This document shows positions 8,260 to 17,887 of a stretch of DNA of 64,000 nucleotides, piece after piece. A program made the position numbers and the translations under genes. The notes under the pieces are model-generated. The model had not been told where the DNA came from. It worked only from the letters and a program-made list of their open reading frames with translations, and did no database searches. Position 1 is the first letter of the stretch. Each line of letters starts with the position of its first letter. The stretch comes from an uncultured Gammaproteobacteria bacterium. Lineage in GTDB: Bacteria; Pseudomonadota; Gammaproteobacteria; Steroidobacterales; Steroidobacteraceae. The DNA is taken from positions 5,882 through 69,881 of the forward strand of contig CAVYNJ010000004.1 in NCBI GenBank assembly GCA_963769895.1, given 5' to 3'.

Positions 8260-11170
8260 CTATGCGTCGCCGTCAACGGTGACTGTTGAATTATTGCGCA
8301 CCACAAGCGCCGTCATCAACACCGGGCGCAATCGCACAAAGCCGGCCGCGAGCGCCGCTTGCTCCGCATCGCCGATCTCGCCGAGTTTCTCGCGGGCGAA
8401 GCTGATCACCAGCACGCTGTTGGCGGTTGCAACGCCCATGCACATGATCGCGCCCGTGAGCGCGGGAACCGACAGTGTGGTATGCGTCGCAAACAACATC
8501 CAGATAATCCCGGCGAGCGCCGCCGGCAACGCGGTAATAATGACGAAAGGATCACTCCACGACTGGAAATTGATGACGATCAGCAAATAGATCAGCACGA
8601 TCGCGCCGAGCAGGCCAAATAGCAATCCGGAGTAGGCGCTGTTCATGGTCGCCGTTTGGCCGACCAGCGCGACGATCGATCCCTTCGGCTTGTGTTTGTC
8701 ATTCTGAGCGATGATCCTTTGGATATCCGCCGAGACCGCACCGAGATCGCGCCCTTGGGTGCTTGCATAGATGTCGACCATCGGCGAGATGTCATATTGC
8801 GAAACCACCGCGTCGCTGCGCGTGCGCTGTATGTCAGCGATGCCGCCAAGCACCGCGGTCGGCAAGCCGCTCGCATTCACCGGCAGATTCTGCAGGGCGG
8901 CCAGACTGTCGATTTGGTATTGCGGCGTCTGCAGCACAATCGGATAGGTGACACCGTTTTTTTCATTGAGCCAATAGGTGGGCGCGACTTGGCCTGAACC
9001 TGCGAGGTTGACCACCATGCTGTCGGTCACGTTGGCGGCGGTCACGCCGGCAAATCGAGCGCGCGTGCGGTCGAGGTTTACATCGAGCGTTGGCTGACGA
9101 GCCGATTGTTGAATTCGCGGATCCGCGACGCCCGAGACATTGCGGATCTGCGCCAGCAGCCGATTGGCGTAGGCATAATCGGCGGCGAGGTTGCTGCCGC
9201 GGATTTGCAAATCGATCGGCGCGGGGGCACCAAAATTGAGGATCTGGCTGACGATATCGGCCGGCAGAAACGAAAAGGTCATGCCAGGGAAGAGGCGCGG
9301 CAACTGTTGACGCAGGCGATCGACATATCCGGCGGTCGGTGCGTGCCCCTGGGTGAGTGAGATCTGTATGTCTCCGTCCGATTCGCCTATCGAGCCGGTG
9401 TTGTTGTAGATCGTGTTGATCGCCGAGACGTACGTGCCGATATTGTCGACCACCGTCGCCACTTCGGTCGGCGGAATCACCTCTCGGATCACCTGTTCAA
9501 TTTTAGCGAAGTGTGCGGCCGTCTCCTCGATACGCATCCCAACCGGTGCTCTGACGTGTAGCAGTATCTGACCGCCGTCGACCTGAGGAAAGAAATTGCG
9601 ACCCAGAAACGGCACGAGCAGGAACGATGCGGCGATGAAGACGAGAAAGCCGGCGACAAATCGCCGCCGATGCTCGATGGCGAGCGCCAGCAGTTCGCGA
9701 TAACCGGTGCGCAACCGTGCGAAGTGCGCCTCGAACCCCCGTTGAAAGCGCACCAACGGGTTTCTCGACGGCGGTGGCGCGTTGCCGCCGGTCTCGCTGG
9801 GGTTCGCGGGTTGCCTGCGCAGCAAATACTTCGCCAGCGTCGGCACCAGCGTGCGCGAAAGCAGGAACGAGAATACCATCGCGAACATTACGCTTTCCGC
9901 CATCGGCACGAACAGATAGCGCGCCACGCCAGTAAGGAAAAACATTGGAACGAACACGATACATATGCAAAGCAATGATACGAAAGCCGGAACGACGATT
10001 TGCGAGGCACCGTCGATGATGGCGGTCTCGACATCCTTGGCCTGTTCAAGGTGATAGTTGATGCTCTCGATCGTCACCGTCGCCTCATCGACGAGTATGC
10101 CGACGGCGAGTGCCAAACCGCCGAGGGTCATGATATTCAGTGTTTCGCCGATCGCCGCGAGCGCGCCGATCGCCCCGAGGATCGACAGAGGAATCGAGGT
10201 TGCGACGATAATGGTCGAACGTGCGCTGCCCAGGAAGAGCAGAATCATCAACCCGGTCAACACCGCCGCGATCACACCCTCGCGGATCACGCCCGCGATC
10301 GACGCGCGCACGAAGATCGATTGGTCGCCGATCGCTCTGATTGTGAGCGCATCAGGCAGAGATGGCTTGATGACTTGCAGCATCTTCTTGATGCCGCTGA
10401 CGATATCGAGTGTCGAGGTCGTACCGTTCTTGAACACGCTGAGCAGCACCGAGCGGTTACCGTCCACGTGGACGATATTGGTCTGCACTGCATTGCCATT
10501 GTGCACGTTGGCGACGTCGTGCATATAGACCATTGCGCCGCCCACGCTTTTGATCGGTAGATCACCGAGGTCTGAAATTCGCGAGGGCGCACAGTTGAGA
10601 TTGACGGTGTATTCGTAGTCGCCGATCTTCTCCGACCCCACGGGCGTCAGCAGGTTCTGCGCGGCGAGCGCCTGCGCGACGTCGAGGCCGGTCAGACCAC
10701 GTGATTGCAGGGCGGCCGTGTCGAGATCGAACATGACCTGCGGCGTCTTGCCGCCGAAAGGCCATGGAATGCCAGCTCCTTGCACCGTGACCAGTCGCGG
10801 ACGTACGAAGTTAAAGCCAAGGTCCGCGAGACTGCGTTCGGTGAGGCCGTCGCCCGAGAGGATGTTGGCCGTACGGGTGAAAGAAGATCTTGACGATGCC
10901 AAAGGTCGTGTAGGAGTTGGCCTCGATGTGTTCGATATCGTTGACGGTCGTCGTCAATGCCCGTTGATAGGGAGTGATGATCCGTCCAACCATCTGATCG
11001 GATGGCAGACCCTGGTATTGCCAGGCGACACCAATAATTGGGATGTTGATGCTCGGGAAAATATCGACCGACATGCGCAGCGCGGCAAGCCCGCCGCTGA
11101 GGAAAATGAGGAGCGCCATGACGATGAACGTGTAGGGTCGTCTCAACGCGATGCGGACAATGGCGAGCAT
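8260..11170 (-). pseudogene. RND (AcrB/HAE1-type) efflux permease, frameshifted near the N-terminus and 3'-truncated
   Basis: The N-terminus 'MLAIVRIALRRPYTFIVMALLIF...' (10811-11170) is in a different frame from the 880-aa body. Homology ends at '...RLRPVLMTAL', and is followed by unrelated 'VVRNNSTVTVDGDA*'. No membrane-fusion-protein gene lies upstream. Confidence 0.8.
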
Positions 11171-11497
11171 GGGGTGCCGATAAAGCGAGAGTGGGTGCTG
11201 ACCCGCGGACGATTATGGCGCGGTCGGCGCCGGCTTGTTCAAAAGCGACTACGCCCGAAGCTGCGGGAGTGTCCTAAATCGGCCGGGGAGGCGGACGTAA
11301 ACGCAGACATCGCGGCACGTTCCAACATGGTGGGCCACGGTGCCGGCACGTCCGCGAGCGAGCTCGATGAATCCCTGGTTCATAAGATCATCCCCTTGCT
11401 TGGTCGGCACTGCCAATTGCAGGACACTGCGTTGGAGTTACAGGTGAAATGCGCGGCGATCATCGCGAACGCTCGCCGTAGGCCACGGCCACGGCGG

Positions 11498-14032
11498 CTA
11501 CATTCGGTTCCGGGATTCCAAGGTCCGCGCGAGCGATTCCGCGAGGTCGCGACGATGCAGTGGTTTGCGCAGCACCTCATTCACGCCAACGTCGGCGGCT
11601 CGGCTGGTGAGCCCGGTGCCGCCGTAGCCGCTCATCAAGATGACCGGAATGTCTGGCCGCAGCTTCCGGACCGCTTGCGCTAACTCGGTCCCCACCAGCT
11701 CCGGCATTACCTCGTCGGTGACTATCGCATCGAAGCGCTCGGGACTGTCGCCAAAGGCCTTTAATGCTGCGAGACTTGAATCGAATCCGACCGGCTCGTA
11801 GCCGAGCTCGGCGGTGATCTCCTCTGCGAGCGCGACCAGCGCGCGCTCATCATCGACGATCATCACGGTCTCGCCGTTTCCGCGAGGCAACGCTTGAACC
11901 GACTCGACAACCGGCATCGCGGTCTCCCCCGTGACAGGCAGCCAAATCTCAAATCTCGTACCTTCGCCGATCTTGCTGTCGACGTCGATGGCGCCACCCA
12001 GATCGCTGACGATGCCGTGAACCAAAGATAAACCGAGACCCGTTCCCTGGCCGACGCCTTTGGTCGTGAAGAAGGGGTCGAAAATGCGCTCAAGCACATT
12101 CTTTGGAATGCCGACGCCGGTGTCGCTGACGGCGAGCCTGACGTAGTGCCCCGGCGTCAGCGAACCTCGCGACAGCGTTCGTCGGTCATCGACTTCGACA
12201 CGGTCCAAGTTCACATCGAGTACGCCACCGCGCTCCATCGCTTGAATGGCATTGGTGCAGAGGTTCATTGCAACCTGGTGCAGGTAGGTGGCATCTCCGA
12301 TCACCGCTGCGCTGCCAGCCTCTAAGTGACTCTCCAAGCGTATGCCGGCAGGCAGAGACGCGTTGAGCAGCTCGAGCGTCTCCTCGACTACGAATTGCAC
12401 GTTCACCAAGGTTCGATCGCCGAGGCCGCTGCGGCTGAAACCGAGAATGCGCTCGACCAATAATCGCGCACGCTCGGCCGCATGCATGACGCAGTCGAGA
12501 TAGCGGCGCAAAGCGCTACCTTCAGCGGACTGCTGTTGCGCCAGTTCACCGTATCCCAATATCGCACCGAGGATGTTATTGAAATCGTGCGCGATTCCGC
12601 CCGCCAGCGTGCCGATCGCCTCCATTTTCTGAGATTGCCGCAGCTGCGCTTCAAGCTGCTCCTTGTCTAACTGGCCCAGCTTCTGCGCAGTAATGTCACT
12701 CGATGAGCCGACGAACCTCACTGCTGTTCCGGCGGAATCACGCAAACATCGGCCGCGCGCCAGCATCCAACGCCAGTCGCCGTTTGGTTGACGCACGCGG
12801 TATTCGCACTCATAGCGGGTAGTCACGCCTTCGAAGTGGTCTCTGAGCGCGGCTTCGAAGCGCGGCTGGTCATCGGGATGCACGACGATATGTGATAGCC
12901 AATCGTCCCGCGAACTGATCGCCGCATCGGCGCTTAACCCGTAGAGGATCTTCATTTTCGGCGACAGGAACAACCGCTGCGTTGCGATATCCCAATCCCA
13001 ATGCCCGTCATTGGCGCCTTCCATGGCGAGTGCGTAGCGCTCCTCGCTAGCGCGTAGAGCCCGCTCGCTGGCGGCGACTCGGCGAATCTGGCGCAACAGT
13101 GCGGCTAGCGTTACCGACGCGAGCAACGTGAGCAGCAGCGTGCGTACCCCCACGGCGAGCGTCTCCTTGCGCCACGACCGCAACGCCTGCGCTTGGGAAC
13201 GAGTAACCGCAATGGTCAGCGGGGCATTCCGCACGCGCGCGGCCGCGATTAGGTCCAGTTGTCCGTCGATCGGGCTGACGAATCGCGCTTCGGGCGTCAT
13301 TGAGGCGCTCACGAGGGCGGGGAACTTCCTCCCGGCCGCGCCCGGCACGGGCGGATTGCGTGCTAACAATGTACCGTCGTCTCGTAGCAGTTGAGTCGAG
13401 CTGCTGGTGCCGAGGTCGACGGCGCCGGAGAATCGCTGGAGCTCGGCCAGATCCACAGTCGCGGTGACCACGCCGGCAAATCTTCCGTCTTCGTCGTGAA
13501 GCCGACGTGAGAGCTCCACGGAGGCACGGCCCTCTGAACGGGTGACAATCGGCTCGCTGATGAATAGACCCGCGGCGGCGTTGTCGCGCTGGGCGATGAA
13601 ATACGAACGATCGGAAACGTTGTGTCCCACACTGACCGGCCCGCGCGAGGCAAAACGTTGGTTGCCCAGTGCGTCGACAATCAAGACTTGTCGCACCTGT
13701 TGCACGCCGGCGGCGCGATTCTTGAGGACTGCATCGATACGATCTGGCGGCAAGGCACGGCCGTTGGTGTGGTACCAAAGCGCAGTGTCGATCAGCAGCA
13801 AATCAACGGCCTGCAATGTCCACGCGGTCTGCTCGGCCAAGGAGTTCGCCGTGTTAGCGAGCTCGCGCTGGTTTACCGCCAGTTCATGCCGATAGGAGCG
13901 CCATGCGTCATAGGCCGAGGAGCAGCCGATGGTCAGGATCACTAGGATACCGACTGATATGGCTGCGAGCCGTAAACGTCCGAATCGGATCGAGTCGGCG
14001 TTGGGGTGGACGTGGCCGGTGGATGAGGGCAT
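11498..14032 (-). CDS. hybrid sensor histidine kinase (Cache-like periplasmic domain, PAS, HisKA, HATPase, REC)
   Basis: Two TM segments flank a ~270-aa sensor domain. PAS region 'ERYALAMEGANDGHWDWD', H-box 'GGIAHDFNNIL', G-boxes 'DTGVGIP...GTGLGLS', and a C-terminal receiver 'VMIVDDE...IVTDEVMP...KPL'. Confidence 0.85.
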   Translation of the reverse strand: MPSSTGHVHPNADSIRFGRLRLAAISVGILVILTIGCSSAYDAWRSYRHELAVNQRELANTANSLAEQTAWTLQAVDLLLIDTALWYHTNGRALPPDRIDAVLKNRAAGVQQVRQVLIVDALGNQRFASRGPVSVGHNVSDRSYFIAQRDNAAAGLFISEPIVTRSEGRASVELSRRLHDEDGRFAGVVTATVDLAELQRFSGAVDLGTSSSTQLLRDDGTLLARNPPVPGAAGRKFPALVSASMTPEARFVSPIDGQLDLIAAARVRNAPLTIAVTRSQAQALRSWRKETLAVGVRTLLLTLLASVTLAALLRQIRRVAASERALRASEERYALAMEGANDGHWDWDIATQRLFLSPKMKILYGLSADAAISSRDDWLSHIVVHPDDQPRFEAALRDHFEGVTTRYECEYRVRQPNGDWRWMLARGRCLRDSAGTAVRFVGSSSDITAQKLGQLDKEQLEAQLRQSQKMEAIGTLAGGIAHDFNNILGAILGYGELAQQQSAEGSALRRYLDCVMHAAERARLLVERILGFSRSGLGDRTLVNVQFVVEETLELLNASLPAGIRLESHLEAGSAAVIGDATYLHQVAMNLCTNAIQAMERGGVLDVNLDRVEVDDRRTLSRGSLTPGHYVRLAVSDTGVGIPKNVLERIFDPFFTTKGVGQGTGLGLSLVHGIVSDLGGAIDVDSKIGEGTRFEIWLPVTGETAMPVVESVQALPRGNGETVMIVDDERALVALAEEITAELGYEPVGFDSSLAALKAFGDSPERFDAIVTDEVMPELVGTELAQAVRKLRPDIPVILMSGYGGTGLTSRAADVGVNEVLRKPLHRRDLAESLARTLESRNRM

Positions 14033-14050
14033 GGGGCGGAATCGAGCGTA

Positions 14051-14446
14051 CTACTGGGTCGCGCCTATATTACCCCGCACGGCGTCCAGAAGATTGGCTC
14101 GGTGCAACGGTTTCGCGATGACCTGCTGCACCCCGAGCGCTTGCGCGGTAGCGCCGGCGGCACACAGACCGCCGCGAAACTGCCCAGAGATGGCGATGAT
14201 GGGAGTACGCGGATGGGATGCTCGAATGTCCCGTAACCACCGCACACCCGCATCTTTGGGCATAGAGACGCTTACGATCACCAGGTTCGCCGGGCGATCC
14301 TGGTCCGTGTCGTGCGGATTGCCGAAGCGCACCCGATAGCCTGCTTGGCTCAACCATTCCCGCAACAATGTGCGAATGAGGAAGTCCTCCTCGTATATCA
14401 CAATGTCCACTAAGGTTGATCCTACAATTGCCGACCCAATGAGCAC
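14051..14446 (-). CDS. single-domain receiver protein with non-canonical (Asp-less) phosphorylation site
   Basis: REC-like layout: 'IVIYEEDFLIRTLL', 'LVIVSVSMP', 'IIAISG', 'VIAKPL'. The position normally holding the phospho-accepting Asp (three residues before MP) is Ser. It lies 19 nt upstream of the kinase gene. Confidence 0.7.
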   Translation of the reverse strand: MLIGSAIVGSTLVDIVIYEEDFLIRTLLREWLSQAGYRVRFGNPHDTDQDRPANLVIVSVSMPKDAGVRWLRDIRASHPRTPIIAISGQFRGGLCAAGATAQALGVQQVIAKPLHRANLLDAVRGNIGATQ

Positions 14447-14530
14447 CGGTCACAGCGATAGGCGCTAGCCTGGCCTACCGTATCTACAAGAACCGTCACG
14501 CCAGCATGCTCGTGGGCCGGCGCTGCTCGT

Positions 14531-14614
14531 TCAGGCGGGCACCGCGAAAATTAGCATTACAAACGCGGTCATCATCACCGCTGCCATGAAGCCGAACCAT
14601 CGAACCGTTCTCAT
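14531..14614 (-). CDS. possible 27-aa hydrophobic peptide
   Basis: An ATG preceded by GGAGAG. 'MRTVRWFGFMAAVMMTAFVMLIFAVPA' forms one TM helix. It is upstream of, and co-directional with, the receiver/kinase pair. Too short for compositional support. Confidence 0.25.
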   Translation of the reverse strand: MRTVRWFGFMAAVMMTAFVMLIFAVPA

Positions 14615-15084
14615 GAGACTCTCCAAATTGATCGTAGGAAACGAGGACGGCGGTAGTATGCTTGGCCTCGGTTGGGCACGTGTTTCTCGCCATCTGCGCG
14701 GCGTTTCAGCTGAAACATACACGGCCAAGAGACGATATTCGTCGAGCGCGGTCCGGCACCCACAAATCCTCATTACAGTCGTAATCGACGGATCGTCGCG
14801 TGAAATGAGACCGTAACGAGAACGCATTGAAATCGCGCCATGGTCACCAGGCAACTTCATTGGGGTGGCGCGATACCGGCGCCGACCGCAGGAGAAACAA
14901 ATTGGCGCATCCACGAGTCTTGGTGTCGGCACGCCCGCCCAAAGGGTCCGCCCGGAAGAATTCGCGTGGAGGAGTTCGGGTCGGGGGGTTGCCGTATCGC
15001 CGGCCGTGAAGTGAATTGGCGGACCGCACCCAGCGAGGCGACAATATGCTAAATTGGCAAGGCGCGACCACGAGGCTGGCACTC

Positions 15085-15816
15085 ATGCCGGAGTCGATTC
15101 AACCGCACATTCTCGTCGTCGACGACGATGCCGCGATTCGCGATCTGCTCGCGGAGTACTTCGCGGAGAACGGCCTGCGCGTCAGTACAGCGGCGGACGG
15201 TGCTGCAATGTCGTCGACACTGGTCAACTCGGCGATCGATCTGGTGGTTCTGGACCTGCGTTTAGCGGGCGAGGATGGCATGGCTATTGTGCGCACATTG
15301 CGCGGCCAATCCTCAATCCCCGTCATCATGCTCACTGGTGTCCGAGACGAGGCCGACCGCGTGATGGGCCTCGAACTAGGCGCCGACGACTATCTCACGA
15401 AGCCATTCAGTCCACGCGAGCTACTCGCACGAATTCGTACCGTTCTACGTCGGGCAAACGCAGCCACGCCGGCACAGGCGCGCAGCGCCGAAATTCGCGC
15501 ATTTCGTTTCGCAGGATTCGAGCTCAATTTGCGGACGCGTCGCTTGGCGCGACAAGATGGCGGTCGAATTGAACTCACCAATGGCGAATTCAATCTGCTC
15601 GCAGCCCTGCTTGCGGCGCCGCAGCTCGTCATGACCAGAGATCAGCTGATCGAGGCGAGCCGCGTGTTCGATAACGAAGTCTACGATCGCGCCATCGACG
15701 TGCAAATTCTCCGGCTGCGCCGCAAAATCGAACCGGACCCCGCCCAACCTACGTATATCGTTACGGAACGCGGAGTCGGATATTCGTTTAACTCGCCGGT
15801 CGAAAAGGTTTACTGA
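15085..15816 (+). CDS. OmpR/PhoB-family response regulator
   Basis: 'HILVVDDDAAIRDLL', 'DLVVLDLRLAGEDG', 'KPF', and a C-terminal winged helix 'LTNGEFNLLAAL...ERGVGY'. Confidence 0.85.
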   Translation: MPESIQPHILVVDDDAAIRDLLAEYFAENGLRVSTAADGAAMSSTLVNSAIDLVVLDLRLAGEDGMAIVRTLRGQSSIPVIMLTGVRDEADRVMGLELGADDYLTKPFSPRELLARIRTVLRRANAATPAQARSAEIRAFRFAGFELNLRTRRLARQDGGRIELTNGEFNLLAALLAAPQLVMTRDQLIEASRVFDNEVYDRAIDVQILRLRRKIEPDPAQPTYIVTERGVGYSFNSPVEKVY

Positions 15817-16015
15817 AGGGTTGGGCTGCCTCAAATCGCGAGCGATGCGGGGCAATCGCCGGTTCGATTAAATTGCGGGCGCCGTATGGCGCGCCGACGA
15901 TGGGCGACGCGCCTCTATCTTGCACGACTGTGCATGCGCTTGCATACGTGCGTATTGGCCGAATCCGCATTGACTTAGAACCACGCAAGCCATAGCTAAG
16001 GACGCGCGCCGCGCG

Positions 16016-16405
16016 TCATGGGCAAGCGAGTCCCCCAGGCAACGTCGCCGCGACAATTTCGCACCTCACCCTGATGTCGGCGGCGGCCGCGGATTGGCCG
16101 CGCACATTGAGCGGGGTTAATATTTGCCACGCCTGCGCCGGATTGCGCGCGGCCCAGTATAGCGAGCCGATTCCGACGCTCGACATGCGTACTTCGGGCA
16201 TCCCTTCGGTGGTCAAGCGCGCACCAACGACGGCAATCGTTTCCATCTCCCGGGCACTATCGGGTGGCGCGAGTCGCGGTCCTGGCTTGTAAGAATCGCG
16301 CCCCTTGGGCGTTCGTGGCGAGTGCGCCGCGTGAACCTTTGTCTCGCCTGCGGCGTGCACCACGGCGACGGGCAGTAAACAGAGGATCATGATGAAGACT
16401 CGCAT
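16016..16405 (-). CDS. hypothetical secreted protein
   Basis: The internal start 'MRVFIMILCLLPVAVVHAAG' looks like a signal peptide. No recognisable domain. Confidence 0.35.
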   Translation of the reverse strand: MRVFIMILCLLPVAVVHAAGETKVHAAHSPRTPKGRDSYKPGPRLAPPDSAREMETIAVVGARLTTEGMPEVRMSSVGIGSLYWAARNPAQAWQILTPLNVRGQSAAAADIRVRCEIVAATLPGGLACP

Positions 16406-16666
16406 CAGACGGAGAAGGACCCCAACGGGGTGCGGCGCGCTCGCACGGGCAGCACGGCGCCACCTATGAAAGGGCAATCGGGAACAGGCGAGGTCGACTG
16501 GCGGCATTGCGTTCGGTTTCATCGGTCGCTCCTGGAATCAGAGCCGGCATCGCACCGGCACAGGAAGCCTACGGCGTGCTAGTCGACGGACGATTTCATC
16601 GAGGGTGATCCGCATTTCACCCGAAATCGCCGTTCAGATCGGCGGTTTCGATTACGAGTAGGCGAG

Positions 16667-17185
16667 CTACCGACCGAACCAGCGGCGCGCCGAGATTGGG
16701 CCGGCAAGCCGCGCCGAGCAGGATCTGTCACGAGGGGGAAGATAATTCCGCACCGTCCGCGGCGAGAATTGAATTGCGAGCTTCAGAAGGAGCTCGTTGG
16801 CACTGCGTTCTTCGCCCCATGTGGGATTCTCGCTGCCCATGCGGCGGATCAGAGCCTGTAATTGCTGCCGGATCGGCGGTCGGCCGGGGCGAGACTTCAG
16901 ACGCCAGAACAATTACCAGCCCGCCCGGTGCCAGCGGATCATCGTTTCCGGGTGCTCAACAACCAAGGCGTCTCGCCAATTTCAGAACGGCGACAGGAAC
17001 GCCAACTGTATACGCATGACAGGATTGCTGCGTCGCGGTTCGATTCCGCGGTCGACATACGTGGCGAGCTGGCGACGTAGGAACAGATTTTGCGCCTCGA
17101 TCGACTTCGTTGAGCGAAACGCCAATCGTAGGCAACGAAGCAGGTCGCCGATCACCGATATCAGAACCCGGAACGCCGTCCCCAA
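16667..17185 (-). mobile_element. N-terminal remnant of a DDE transposase gene (frameshifted, catalytic domain missing)
   Basis: 'SIEAQNLFLRRQLATYVDRGIEPRR' (16982-17185) and 'FWRLKSRPGRPPIRQQLQALIRRMGSENPTWGEERSANELLKL' (16667-16912) are consecutive N-terminal motifs of this transposase type but lie in different frames. No rve core follows. Confidence 0.65.
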
Positions 17186-17422
17186 TGATCAGTCATGCCA
17201 CAATGGTCACCGACGAGATCCGGATGACCGATCGATTAATTGCGGATGACGGGGGAAGTGTGCTTTGCCGTCCGACACCCAAGGTGGAAGCCCGGTGCGT
17301 GAATCGCGCCCGCTGGGATCTGTGCGGGGAGCCGCCGCTGCCCGCACAGTAATAGTGTGGACCCACCAGAATATGGTATTAATTACCGACGCCGTATCGT
17401 ACAAATTAGTTTGAGGTGAATC

Positions 17423-17884
17423 GTGTCGACGACATTCTTGCTCAACGGCAGCGCGACCACTCTGGATGCAGACCCGGCCATGCCGCTGCTCTGGGCAATC
17501 CGGGAGCTTGCCGGATTACATGGAACCAAGTTCGGCTGCGGCATGGCGCTGTGCGGGGCCTGCACCGTGCATGTCGACGGTGAGGCGGTCAGGTCCTGCA
17601 TCACGCCTCTGTCGATGGTCGCCGGCAAACGGGTGACGACGATCGAAGGCCTGCAGAGCAGGTCCGCCAAGGCCGTTCAGGCCGCCTGGATCGAGCTTCA
17701 AGTACCTCAATGCGGCTATTGCCAAAGCGGGCAAATCATGTCGGCGACCGCGCTGCTCGAGCAGAACGCGGCTCCGACCGATGCCGACATCGATGCCGCA
17801 ATGGGTGGCAATATCTGTCGCTGCGCGACCTATTCCCGCATCCGTGCCGCGATTCACGCGGCAGCGCAATCCATCAAGGCCTAG
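17423..17884 (+). CDS. (2Fe-2S)-binding small subunit of a molybdopterin aldehyde/isoquinoline oxidoreductase (IorA-like)
   Basis: '[22 protein letters not shown]' and '[10 protein letters not shown]...CRCATY' are two [2Fe-2S] cluster motifs. Confidence 0.9.
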   Translation: MSTTFLLNGSATTLDADPAMPLLWAIRELAGLHGTKFGCGMALCGACTVHVDGEAVRSCITPLSMVAGKRVTTIEGLQSRSAKAVQAAWIELQVPQCGYCQSGQIMSATALLEQNAAPTDADIDAAMGGNICRCATYSRIRAAIHAAAQSIKA

Positions 17885-17887
17885 ACC

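Noticed and set aside
10811-10902. Programmed frameshift or alternative start for the RND pump
   Set aside because: RND permeases are single-frame proteins. The gene also lacks its C-terminal end and its adaptor partner, so inactivation is the simplest reading. A sequencing error at the N-terminal shift cannot be excluded.
10718-11683. 321-aa plus-strand ORF, and similar long antisense ORFs at 50136-51278, 52839-54365, 59254-60507, 33211-34146, 34195-34944 and 17900-18829
   Set aside because: Each lies opposite a gene with strong family signatures and has Arg-rich, motif-free translations. These are GC-rich shadow frames.
17034-17057. tRNA T-arm-like CGCGGTTCGATTCCGCG followed by GTCGACA
   Set aside because: No matching 5' acceptor strand or anticodon arm lies upstream. 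It sits inside the transposase-remnant reading frame and does not share the arms or repeats of the other four tRNA-like fragments. It is probably coincidental.
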